A DNA stretch of 64,000 bases, taken from assembly GCA_043228905.1 (NCBI GenBank), contig JBHGNT010000008.1, positions 22,414,486-22,478,485 on the forward strand. The letters are read 5' to 3'. The position numbers and the translations under genes are program-made. This document shows, one piece after another, positions 38,061 through 48,157 of the stretch. Position 1 is the stretch's first letter. Each line of letters begins with the position of its first letter. The DNA comes from Azolla caroliniana. Taxonomy: Eukaryota; Plantae; Polypodiophyta. The notes under the pieces are model-generated. The model did not search any database and was not told where the DNA came from. It was given only the letters and a program-made list of their open reading frames with translations.

Positions 38061-38075
38061 AACTCCCCCTTCACT
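38061..38075 (-). other. Polypurine tract of the outer copia
   Basis: Minus strand AGTGAAGGGGGAGTT lies directly before the LTR start TGTTGG. Confidence 0.85.
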
Positions 38076-40361
38076 TCGGCATGGGATGTCTCTCCAATCC
38101 GATCCTCTTCCGGCATGCTTCCAGCTTGTCGGGTGTGAGCACCTTGGTCAGCATATCCGACCCGTTCTCGTCCGTGTGGACCTTCGTCAGCACGAACTCC
38201 TTGTCTTCTATCCTTTCCCGGATCCAGTGATATCTTCGCTGGATGTGCTTCGTCCGGGAGTGATAGGCCGCGTTCTTCGCAAGGTGGATTGCACTCTGAC
38301 TGTCGCAGTAGAGTCGGTACTCCTCCTGTTGGATACCGAGCTCTCTAATGAAGTCCTTCATCCATATTATCTCCTTGCCGGCTTCAACAGCCGCCATGTA
38401 CTCCGCCTCCGTGGTTGACAACGCAACCGTCTTCTGCAGCCTCGACTGCCATGAAACAGCTCCCCCTGCATACGTCATCACATACCCTGATGTGGACCGG
38501 CTGGTATCTGCATCAGCCGACATATCCGAATCGGTGAAACCGTCGAGTTCGGGTTTACCGGAGCCGAATCGGAGGCACACGTTTGCTGTGCCCTTCAGGT
38601 ATCGGAGTATCCACTTGGCCGCGTTCCAATGCTCTTTGCCGGGATTGCTCATGTACCGGCTCACCACTCCGACTGCATATCCTATGTCCGGTCTCGTACA
38701 CACCATGGCGTACATCAAGCTCCCGACGGCTGAGGCATACGACACTTTCATCATATCCTCCTTTTCAGCCTTTGTCTTGGGACTTTGCTTGCTGGACAGC
38801 TTGCAGTTTGCCGGGAGGGTCGATCCGACCGGTCTTGCTTCCGACATGTTGAACCGGTGAAGCACCTTCGTCACGTACTTCTCCTGTGACAGCCACAATT
38901 GCTTCTTCTTCCGGTCCCGGATGATGTGCATCCCTAGTATTTGCCTCGCCGGACCCAGGTCCTTCATTGAGAAGGTTCGGTGAAGAGCCTTCTTCAGCAT
39001 CCGTATCTTGACCTGGTCCCGTCCGACGATCAACATGTCGTCCACGTACAGGAGGAGTATTAGAAAGTCTCCTCCTTCGAACTTCTTCACAAACACGCAG
39101 TGGTCGGACTGCGTTTTGAGGTACCCTTCGTCGGTCATGAAGGAGTCGAACTTCCGGTACCATTGCCGGGGAGCCTGCTTCAGTCCGTAAAGGCTCTTCT
39201 TCAGCCGGCATACCAGGTGCTCCTTCCCTTTCTTCTCGAATCCTTCCGGTTGCTGCATGTAGATCTCTTCTTCGAGGTCACCGTGAAGGAATGCCGTCGT
39301 CACGTCCATCTGTTCTACCTCGAGGTCCATGCTTGCCGCTATGCTCAGCACCGTCCGGATGGAGGTCATCTTCACTACCGGGGAGAATATCTCGTCGAAG
39401 TCGACGCCCTTCTTCTGCTGAAACCCCTTCACCACGATCCTGGCTTTGTATCTCGGGGGTTTTCCGGCATCTCCCGGTTTCAGCTTGAACACCCACTTGT
39501 TTCGAAGTGCCCGCTTTCCTTTCGGCAACTCCACAAGTTCATATGTGTGGTTCTCATGCAGGGAATCCATCTCGTCCTGCATGGCACTCAACCACCTACG
39601 GCTCTGGGTGTCATGCTTTGCTTCTTCAAAGCTCTCCGGCTCCCCCTCGTCGGTTAGCAGCACGTGCTCTGGTTCCGGAAATCTCCGGGGGGCCCTTCTC
39701 TCTCTTAGAGGATATCTCCGTTCCGGAGCTTCGGTAACCGGTTCTTCCGATTCTTCTTCATCCGAATCCATTTCGGGATCGGGGCCGGTTCCGGTATCAT
39801 TTTCGTCTTCTTCGGCCGGTTCGGTTTCTTCACCGTCTTCGGCCGGATCCTCGAGTGCTAACCGGTCCCTTGCCGGTCGGGACTGCTCCTCGTAGAGTTT
39901 ATCCTCACCGGTCGACTTGGAGCTCTTCATCTTCTCCTCCGACTCCCAGTCGGCGAGTGTCTTGTCCTCCATGAAGATGATGTCTCGACTCCTGAATATC
40001 TTCTTGTCGACTGGGTCCCATACTCGGTAGCCGAACTCGTCGTCGCCGTAACCGAGGAATATGCATGGCCGGGTCTTTGGATCTAGCTTTCCTCTCCGGT
40101 CCTTTGCCACATGCACGTATGTGAGACACCCGAACACCTTCAGATGCCGGTAGGACACTTCCCTACCGGTCCACACTCTCTGCGGCGTGTCTCCGTCCAA
40201 AGGTACTGAGGGTGATCTGTTTATCACATATGTCGCCGTCGACATTGCCTCAGCCCAAAACCCCTTGGGTAATTTCGCATGCGCCAGCATACTCCGGACC
40301 CTCTCCATTATGGTCCGGTTCATCTTCTCGGCCAGCCCGTTCAGTTCCGGCGTCTTCGGCA
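38071..40361 (-). pseudogene. Outer copia pol, C-terminal part (integrase C-terminal half, RT, RNase H)
   Basis: PKTPELNGLAEKMNRT, QMDVTTAFLHG, SLYGLKQAPRQW, LLLYVDDML, FTDSD, RTKHIQRRYHW. Confidence 0.95.
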
Positions 40362-40366
40362 CAGTA

Positions 40367-40654
40367 TGTTGGGGACGAGGGGCCGTCAGTGCGGAAGATC
40401 AAGAAGCATTCGATTGCTGAGAGTACCTGCGTATGACAGATTGTATGTCGTTGCACAGAGAGAGAGAGAGGGAGAGAGAGGCACTAAACGACTCTTTATT
40501 TCATAAAGCAATAATACAACAACCAACCTTACAAAGAGGTTACAAGGTCACTATATATAGTGACCGACTTAGGGCAACTACCCTTTATGCTAATTACATA
40601 AATGGCCAAATACGAGATAGTGTGAATACGTCCATTATACACATGTATTCGACA
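40367..40654 (-). repeat. 3' LTR of the nested copia
   Basis: TGTTGGGG...TCGACA, a direct repeat of 45448-45735. Confidence 0.96.
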
Positions 40655-40846
40655 CTCCCCCGTAATGGGCGTATACATGGGTTATCTAAGATTACAGGTA
40701 TAGACTTAGGTTCTCGGACATATCAGCTTTGTTCGAGTCGGCAGGGTCCGAAGGCAGAAGACTGAACTGGTCGGGTCGGAACAGTTGAAGCCGATCATTA
40801 AGGAACTGATGTCGGTTGTCGGAACCATCCTGCTCTGTGTCCGGCT

Positions 40847-43800
40847 CTAACCGGACTGGTTTGTCGTTACGCCCATCTGATGCCGAAGAGACCGAAAGCG
40901 GTCTGCCGAAAGACACTTGGTCATTCCATCTGCGACATTGTCGGTTGTGGATATTTTCTCTAGACCGATTTTCCCTGAAATGACGCAGTCCCGAACGAAG
41001 TGATATCGAACGTCGATATGTTTGGAGGCGTTGTGGTGAACCGGATTTTTCGACAAGGCAACAACACCTTGACTGTCGCTGTAGACAACTGGAGCCGAGT
41101 CATGGTCGACTTGTCGAAACGTGTGCGCCAGCCGACCGAGCCACAAAGCTTCTTTTGCTGCGTCGGACGCAGCTACATATTCTGCTTCGGTCGTTGAGGT
41201 CGCTGTGCACTCCTGAAGTTTCGACTTCCACGAGATTGCTCCATTGCCGAATTTGAAGCAGTATCCGGTTGTTGATTTCCGACTGTCGATACAGCCGGCG
41301 AAGTCCGAGTCGGTGTAACCGACTACGCCTGAGGTTCGGTTCGGACCGAAAAGAATGTCGTGGTCTTTTGTGCCAGCCAGATATCTGAACACATGCTTGA
41401 CTGCGTTCCAATGCGATCGGCCAGGGTTGTGCATAAATCTGCTAACGACTCCTACGGCGTGAGAAATATCAGGCCGTGTCGCGACCATCAGGTACATAAG
41501 GGAGCCGACTGCCGGTGCATACGGTACCGACTTCATATCTTCCCCCTCCGGACCGGATGTCGGGCAGTCTCGCTGAGAGAGCCGAAGATTCATGGGGAGC
41601 GGGGTTGAAGCAGATTTGGCTGATTGCATGTTGAAGCGTTCTAAGACACGTCCGATATAGTCGGTCTGAGACAAAAAAAGATGTCGTTTATCGCGATGCC
41701 GACTAATCTTCATGCCAAGGATGTGTCGTGCCGGACCGAGGTCCTTCATGGCAAACTTCAACCGCAGTTGCCGAACGAGATCGGCAAGTTCGCCCGCGTG
41801 GCGTCCAGAAAGTAGCATGTCGTCCACGTAAATGATGAGGAAGATGGGTGATCCATCTTGAGCTGTGTTGGTGAAAAGACAATGGTCCTCATCGCTTTTG
41901 GAGAAGCCGATCGATTGGATGAAGTCGTCGAACTTCTTGTACCATTGTCGTGGTGCTTGTTTGAGGCCGTATAGACTCTTCCTGAGTCGGCAGACTAGAT
42001 GTTCTTGGCCAGGTGCCACGAAGCCTTTTGGCTGCTCCATATAAATTTCCTCCTCAAGATCACCATGGAGGAAGGCTGTTTTGACATCTAGCTGAATCAG
42101 CTCCAAGTTGTCGGCTGCCACTACGCCGAGCAGAAAACGAAGGGTTGTCATTTTCACCACTGGTGAAAAAATCTCGTCGAAGTCGACGCCATATTCTTGT
42201 CGGAAGCCCTTCGCAACTAATCTGGCCTTGTACTTTGGGGTGGTCGAATCAGACGTCTCTTTTAGTCGATAAACCCACTTGCAAGGAAGAGCACGTCGGT
42301 TCCTAGGTAATTCGACCAGATCCCAAGTCTTGTTTGCCCGAATGGAGTGCATTTCCGACTCCATCGCCAGATGCCAGGTGGCGGAATCGACAGATGTCGA
42401 TGCTTCTTCGTAAGACGTCGGTTCGCCGGCGTCGGTGAAGAAAATTCCAGGAGAATATCTCTCCGGAGGTTGCGACAGTCTCTCGGATCGTCGAGGTATG
42501 ATTGGACTGCTCGCATCGGGTATCGTGGTCGGATGGTCCGAAACCGAATCATTCGGCTGTGCCGAGTCAGAGTTGTCCGAGTCGGTAGTGTAAGGTTCAG
42601 CTACCCGTGAAGCTGACCGTGTGTTGAGAGCGGGGCCTTCTTGAAGGGTCGACACATCGGAAAATGTTACCCTTCGGACTTCGGTCGGTTTTTCGACTGA
42701 TGGGTTCATAGCCGACTCGTTGAACACAACGTCCGAACTTCGAACGATTTGTCTGCGTTCGGGGTCCCAGAGTCGGTATCCCATTTCGCCGTCGGATCCA
42801 TATCCAAGGAAAATGCATTTCCTGGACCGAGGTGCAAGTTTTCGGCGATCATCTTTCGGAATGAGGGCGTACGCCTCGCATCCGAAGATCCTCAGCTTGT
42901 CGTAATTCGGCTTACTGCCGATCCATAGTTCCTGAGGAATTTGAAGTCCTAGAGGTCTACTTGGCGACATATTGATTATGTGTACTGCCGTGAGTAGAGC
43001 CTCTGCCCAGAAGCCATCCGACAGTCCGGAGTGTTGGAGCATGGAAACTATCCGTTCTTGGATTGTCCGATTCATGCGTTCGGCAATCCCGTTTTGCTCC
43101 GGACTGTGTGGTGCCGTAAATTCACGTCGGATGCCGCGTTGTCGGCAGAATTTGACGAATTCTTCTGATTTGAACTCTCCCCCATTGTCGGTCCGAAAGC
43201 ATTTCAGTTTGCGGTCGGTTTGATTTTCTACCATAGCGAGCCACTCTGAGAAGATCGAGAAGACCCGATCTTTGGTGCGAATCGGATAAGCCCACACCTT
43301 TCGAGTCGAGTCGTCAATAAAAGTGACGAAGTAAGAGGCACCGCCAAGAGACTGATGCGGCATTGGGCCACAGACGTCCGAGTGGACTAAATCGAGAGGT
43401 CTCGTTTCTCTTGGTGCTGATGTCGGGTGTGATGCGGCTACTTGTTTGCCATACTGGCAATGCTCGCAAAATTGATGGTCCGAGAAGGAGAGTTTGGGGA
43501 TGTATCCGGCTCTAGATAGGTGCGTGATGCCGGCCTTGCTGAGGTGTCCCAGTCTTCGGTGCCATAGTGATGACACAGGAATATCCACCAAAAACAGGTT
43601 ACCCTCTCTGAGCGTAACATGTAACGGATACAGTGAGTGTATCTTGGGTCCTCTAGCAAGCAGGAGGTTCCCCCTGTGGAGTGTCCACCCTCCCGAGGAA
43701 AAACCGGCACGAATGCCGTCTTCATCTAGTTGTCCGACTGAGATCAATGGCCTTGAGAGCTCGGGTACATGTCGGACATTGTGGAGTACAAGTGTAGAGC

Positions 43801-44860
43801 CACCTGCAAGGTTGAGCTCTACTGTGCCGATTCCGATGATGTCACAGTGTTGCGAGTTGCCGACTCGAACTGAGTCGGAGTGACGGATCGTATATTGCCG
43901 AAATTGGGACCGATGAGGAGTCACATGAAATGACGCGCCCGAATCCAAGAGCCATGTGCTCGATTCTTCAGTCGTGAGCAGAACTTCTGATCCGACTGGA
44001 TTTTCGATTGATAGTATATTCGGGTCGTCCGGTAGTACATCAGCTGAGAAGCTGACGTAATTGATCTCCTCATGCCGGCCACTCTTCTTGTTGTTCTTGT
44101 TCTTGAGTGCGCGGCAGTCGGCTTTGATGTGTCCGGGTTTCTTGCAATAGTTGCAGATTCGGTTATCCCGTGACTGGCTCCGTCTTCGCTGATTGTTCGG
44201 CGGCCGTGAGGAATCTCTTCCTCGTATGTTCGATCGGTCTGTCGAACCTTGTACTACGTAAGCGTCGTCTGTTGAGTCTTTGGCGAAAGACTTTCTCCGA
44301 GCTGCTTCGGTCAGGATTGCGCTCGTGACTTCGGAGTATTTAACAGCCGTGGTTGACGCGTTGCACACGGTTGTGACGAAAGTTTCCCATGATGAGGGAA
44401 GGCTGCTCATGAGTATCATTGCTCTGAGTTCATCCTCTATTGCCGTCCCCTGTGACGAGATTTGGGAGCTTATGCTTTCGTACTCATTTAGGTGTGCTTG
44501 AACCGAATCGGATTCTTTCATCCGCAAGTTGTAGAGGCGCCGGATCAGAAACATCTTCGTTGCGGCGACCTTCTTTTCGTAAGTGTCCGACAGTGTTTTC
44601 CACAGTTCGAATGCTGTCGTACACGATTGCACCGTAAAATATACCGATTCCGATAGGTGCATCCGAATCGTGGCGCGGACGATTCTGTCCAGCTTCTGCC
44701 ACTCGATTGGTTTGTATCCTTCTGGAGGTTCTTCATTTTCGATGGGATCGATTTGCCCCTTGACTATGAGATAGTCCTGCATTTGCTCCTTCCAGAAGTT
44801 GAAGTTCGATCCATCGAACTTTCGTAGACTCATTTCTGACGAGCCGGATGTTGATGCCAT
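40847..44860 (-). CDS. Copia gag-pol polyprotein, 1337 aa (gag, CCHC knuckle, protease, integrase, RT, RNase H)
   Basis: KFDGSNFNFWK, CNYCKKPGHIKADC, WLLDSGASFH, WHRRLGH/CEHC, HSDVCGP..RTDNGGEF..E, YVDD, YTDSD. Integrase precedes RT, the copia order. Confidence 0.98.
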   Translation of the reverse strand: MASTSGSSEMSLRKFDGSNFNFWKEQMQDYLIVKGQIDPIENEEPPEGYKPIEWQKLDRIVRATIRMHLSESVYFTVQSCTTAFELWKTLSDTYEKKVAATKMFLIRRLYNLRMKESDSVQAHLNEYESISSQISSQGTAIEDELRAMILMSSLPSSWETFVTTVCNASTTAVKYSEVTSAILTEAARRKSFAKDSTDDAYVVQGSTDRSNIRGRDSSRPPNNQRRRSQSRDNRICNYCKKPGHIKADCRALKNKNNKKSGRHEEINYVSFSADVLPDDPNILSIENPVGSEVLLTTEESSTWLLDSGASFHVTPHRSQFRQYTIRHSDSVRVGNSQHCDIIGIGTVELNLAGGSTLVLHNVRHVPELSRPLISVGQLDEDGIRAGFSSGGWTLHRGNLLLARGPKIHSLYPLHVTLREGNLFLVDIPVSSLWHRRLGHLSKAGITHLSRAGYIPKLSFSDHQFCEHCQYGKQVAASHPTSAPRETRPLDLVHSDVCGPMPHQSLGGASYFVTFIDDSTRKVWAYPIRTKDRVFSIFSEWLAMVENQTDRKLKCFRTDNGGEFKSEEFVKFCRQRGIRREFTAPHSPEQNGIAERMNRTIQERIVSMLQHSGLSDGFWAEALLTAVHIINMSPSRPLGLQIPQELWIGSKPNYDKLRIFGCEAYALIPKDDRRKLAPRSRKCIFLGYGSDGEMGYRLWDPERRQIVRSSDVVFNESAMNPSVEKPTEVRRVTFSDVSTLQEGPALNTRSASRVAEPYTTDSDNSDSAQPNDSVSDHPTTIPDASSPIIPRRSERLSQPPERYSPGIFFTDAGEPTSYEEASTSVDSATWHLAMESEMHSIRANKTWDLVELPRNRRALPCKWVYRLKETSDSTTPKYKARLVAKGFRQEYGVDFDEIFSPVVKMTTLRFLLGVVAADNLELIQLDVKTAFLHGDLEEEIYMEQPKGFVAPGQEHLVCRLRKSLYGLKQAPRQWYKKFDDFIQSIGFSKSDEDHCLFTNTAQDGSPIFLIIYVDDMLLSGRHAGELADLVRQLRLKFAMKDLGPARHILGMKISRHRDKRHLFLSQTDYIGRVLERFNMQSAKSASTPLPMNLRLSQRDCPTSGPEGEDMKSVPYAPAVGSLMYLMVATRPDISHAVGVVSRFMHNPGRSHWNAVKHVFRYLAGTKDHDILFGPNRTSGVVGYTDSDFAGCIDSRKSTTGYCFKFGNGAISWKSKLQECTATSTTEAEYVAASDAAKEALWLGRLAHTFRQVDHDSAPVVYSDSQGVVALSKNPVHHNASKHIDVRYHFVRDCVISGKIGLEKISTTDNVADGMTKCLSADRFRSLRHQMGVTTNQSG

Positions 44861-45432
44861 CAAATTCGGTTTCGGTTGACGAAGCTCGGTTCGGAGTTGA
44901 CTACGAACCTTGTTGGGGTGCAGCCGGTTGGCTCACCCGATATCGTTCTAGTCGGATTTGAACCCGAGTCGGTTCGGCTTCGGAACTTGCTCGAATTGAC
45001 TCCGGTAGCTTGAGGGACAGAACCGACTGGTCTTCCCGAATGATGCCGAGTCGGAGTGAGCCCGGTTCGCTTCGGATATATATGCCGAATACCGATTATT
45101 GAAACCGATTATCTGGACCGATTCTGCTTCGGTTGACTGCAGCGATGAGAGAGACGGATCCGACTGATCCTCCCGAATGTCGATCAGCCAGATGAAGCAC
45201 GAATTTGGGTTGTTGTCAAAGTTGCACAAGGGGATTTCACCTCGAGCGGTTACGATCACAAGGGACAGAGTACAACCTGCTGGCTTACTCCAAGCAAGGG
45301 GATCTAACGCGATGAGGTGCAAACCTCGTTTTTGTTCTTCTTCTCTCTTTCTTCGAATGACGCGAATGCTGTGCAGGCCGTGATGAAGTGAAGAACCGAA
45401 TGCTGTGCAGGCGGTGATGACGGCCGAACCTT

Positions 45433-45445
45433 CGCTCTGATACCA
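45433..45445 (-). other. Primer-binding site (initiator Met tRNA), nested copia
   Basis: Minus strand TGGTATCAGAGCG, 2 nt from the LTR. Confidence 0.93.
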
Positions 45446-45447
45446 GA

Positions 45448-45735
45448 TGTTGGGGACGAGGGGCCGTCAGTGCGGAAGATCAAGAAGCATTCGATTGCTG
45501 AGAGTACCTGCGTATGACAGATTGTATGTCGTTGCACAGAGAGAGAGAGAGGGAGAGAGAGGCACAAAACGACTCTTTATTTCATAAAGCAATAATACAA
45601 CAACCAACCTTACAAAGAGGTTACAAGGTCACTATATATAGTGACCGACTTAGGGCAACTACCCTTTATGCTAATTACATAAATGGCCAAATACGAGATA
45701 GTGTGAATACGTCCATTATACACATGTATTCGACA
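45448..45735 (-). repeat. 5' LTR of the nested copia
   Basis: 288-bp TG...CA repeat adjacent to the PBS. Confidence 0.96.
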
Positions 45736-47518
45736 CAGTAAACTCGAGCCGGATTCCCTTCGAGCGACAGTACTCCTGGAACTGCCCCCGGTATTCCCCT
45801 CCGTTATCCGCTCGTATCGCTTTCAGCTTCTTGCCGGATTCCCTTTCCACTCTCGCGTGGAGTTCTTTGAAGACGCACAACACTTGGTCCTTTGTCTTCA
45901 ACGGTGCTGTCCACAGCTTCCGGCTGTGGTCATCAATGAATGTTACGAAGTACTGGGCTCCGCCATGTGACTTCGTTTCTACCTGACACACGTCGGTGTG
46001 CACCAACTCCAATGGTGCGCTACGTCTCGTCGGTGGCCTTGAGTGGAAGGAGGTTCGGTTCTGCTTACCGGCCAGGCAGTCGGTGCACTTGTCCAGGTGC
46101 ACATGCTTCACCGGAATAAGGTTGTCTTCTGCAAGCCTCTTCATCCCCTTCTCACTCATGTGGCACAGTCTTTTGTGCCACAGCTCACCGGCAGTGTCGG
46201 CTGCCACATTCAGCTCTTCCGGACATAACCGGGCATTCATCAGGTACAGTGTGTTGACCTTCCGGGCCCGAGCCACTATCAAGCTCCCCTTGCTGAACTT
46301 CATGACACCGTTCCGGATGCTACCCGTGTAGCCTTCATCATCTAGCCTGCCGGCCGAAATCAGGTTCAGTCGGACCTCCGGAACGTGTCGGACATTCTTC
46401 AGCAGCATTTTGCATCCGGTCGGGGTTGTCAACCACACGTCTCCTATGCCGGCAATCCGGCACGTACCTTCGTTTCCCATCCGAACACAGCCATGCTCGC
46501 CGGCTGTGTAGGATGAGAAGTATCTTCTCTCCGGGGTCAGATGGAACGATGCTCCGGAATCGACCACCCAGGTCGTCTCATCGCCGGCTATGTTTAGTTC
46601 ACCTTCTTCGGTGATGAGCATGATCTCCTCTTCACTTGCCGCGAGTGCCGTCGTTCCTTTCCGGTCCTGTCCTCGCCGATCCGAACCATTCCGGTCCGTG
46701 GCTCCCCGGTATGCACCGTTTCTCTCCGGTGACTTCTTCGAATCGGTGTTGTCGGTTCCATTGTCCTTTCGGTAATGCCGACAATTCTTTCGGAAGTGCC
46801 CCGGCTTCCCACAGTGGAAGCATGTGGGCCTTCCTCTTGACTGCGACCGGGTCCCCGACTTCTCCCGTCTTTGCGGACTCCGGTTCCATTGTCTTCCCCG
46901 ATCCAATTCGGTAAACAACATCTTCGGGTCGGAGGCCGGTTCCTTATCTCTCCGACGCGCTTCTTCGTTCAAAATACTTGTCTTTACCGTTTGTAGGGAC
47001 AAGTTATCTTCGGTGCAGGAGGTGCTGAGAGTTACCACCAAGTTTTCCCAGCTTTCCGGCAATGTACACATCAGAATGATGGCTTGCATTGCATCCTCCA
47101 GCGGGAACTTGATCGCCGCAAGCTGGTTCACGAATCCCATGAACGTGCTTACGTGTTCCACCATACTCTCGCCGTCCCGGTACTTGAGATTCACAATCTT
47201 CCTCATCAGGGAGGTCCGGTTCAGCGCATTCTTCCTCTCGTAGAGGCCCGACAGCTTCTTCCACATCTCATATGCGTTGGTGTCGTTCGCCACATGTTGT
47301 AGGACGCTTACATCGACATATTGTCGGATCGTCGCTACGGCTTTCCGGTTCAGGAGCTTCCACTCCGACTCAAGTACCCCCTTCGGTATTTCCGACCTGT
47401 CAATCGGTTCGTACAGGTCCCGAACAATCAGAAGATCTTCCATCTTGATCTTCCAGTCGGCGTAATTCTGCGCATTCAGCACCATCATCCCCGGCTGCCC
47501 GCTGCCGCCGCCTTCCAT
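45736..47518 (-). pseudogene. Outer copia gag-pol, N-terminal part (gag, CCHC knuckle, protease, integrase N-terminal half)
   Basis: ATG at 47518 (MEGGGSGQPG), CFHCGKPGHFRKNC, WVVDSGASFH, WHKRLCH, HTDVC, RADNGGEY. Rejoins the C-terminal part in frame as LEFTV|PKTPELNG. Confidence 0.95.
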
Positions 47519-47531
47519 TTTCTGCAACAGT

Positions 47532-47544
47532 CGCTCTGATACCA
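47532..47544 (-). other. Primer-binding site (initiator Met tRNA), outer copia
   Basis: Minus strand TGGTATCAGAGCG, 3 nt from the LTR end. Confidence 0.93.
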
Positions 47545-47547
47545 GTT

Positions 47548-48157
47548 TGCGAGGAATAGACACTTCTATTCACCTTCACCACTCGGCCACAACCGAGTAA
47601 TCGCGAATCGATGCAGCAGAAAATAGGAAATACAGAGAAAAACACGATACACAGGGATTAACGTGGAAAACCCTATACGGGAAAAACCACGGGAGTGCGA
47701 GACTCCAAACCAAACTATGCACAGAGAAATATACAATGGCGAGCTGCAAGGCAACGACCTTGAGCTCGCTTCCTTCGCCACAGGCGGCGGTATTACACAG
47801 AGGCGTCTACCTCTTCCTCTCTCGCGCTCTATCTCTCTCTCTCTCTCTCTCACGGCTGCTTACACTTCACTCCTCTTGAGTGGAAAAACAGAAAAATGAG
47901 AAGCAACAGTAAAACTGTTTGCCCTAAGTCATATTTATACTTATATGACTTTGGGCCATTTACAACTATAGCCTCACGGGCCCATAGCGAACATATTCAC
48001 GGATATGTCCCTGCATCCGGATCGCTCTCCGGGTACATTCGTCATCCGGTACCGAAACCGGGGTCTTCGTCATCCGGATCCGAAACCGAAACCGGGCTTG
48101 TCGGCATTCATCTCCGATATCCGACCATCCCATCCGAAAGGGACCGAAATCCCAACA
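47548..48157 (-). repeat. 5' LTR of the outer copia (610 bp)
   Basis: TG...CA ends, TATAAAT on the minus strand at 47933-47939, CCGG-rich U3. Confidence 0.95.

Larger units (their letters stand above)
40367..45735 (-). mobile_element. Nested, structurally intact Ty1/copia element
   Basis: 288-bp LTRs (40367-40654, 45448-45735) with one mismatch seen. TSD CAGTA (40362-40366 / 45736-45740), PBS 45433-45445, short PPT next to 40655, intact ORF. Confidence 0.98.
37563..48157 (-). mobile_element. Outer Ty1/copia LTR retrotransposon, interrupted by a nested element, 3' LTR truncated
   Basis: 5' LTR 47548-48157, PBS 47532-47544, split gag-pol, PPT ~38061-38075, 3' LTR 37563-38060. Confidence 0.96.

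Noticed and set aside
44948-45322. 124-aa ORF in the inner copia leader
   Set aside because: It has a non-ATG start and no recognisable domain. It cannot be supported without conservation data.
38086-47539. Many short overlapping or antisense ORFs in the copia elements
   Set aside because: They are shadows of GC-rich gag-pol with no recognisable motifs.
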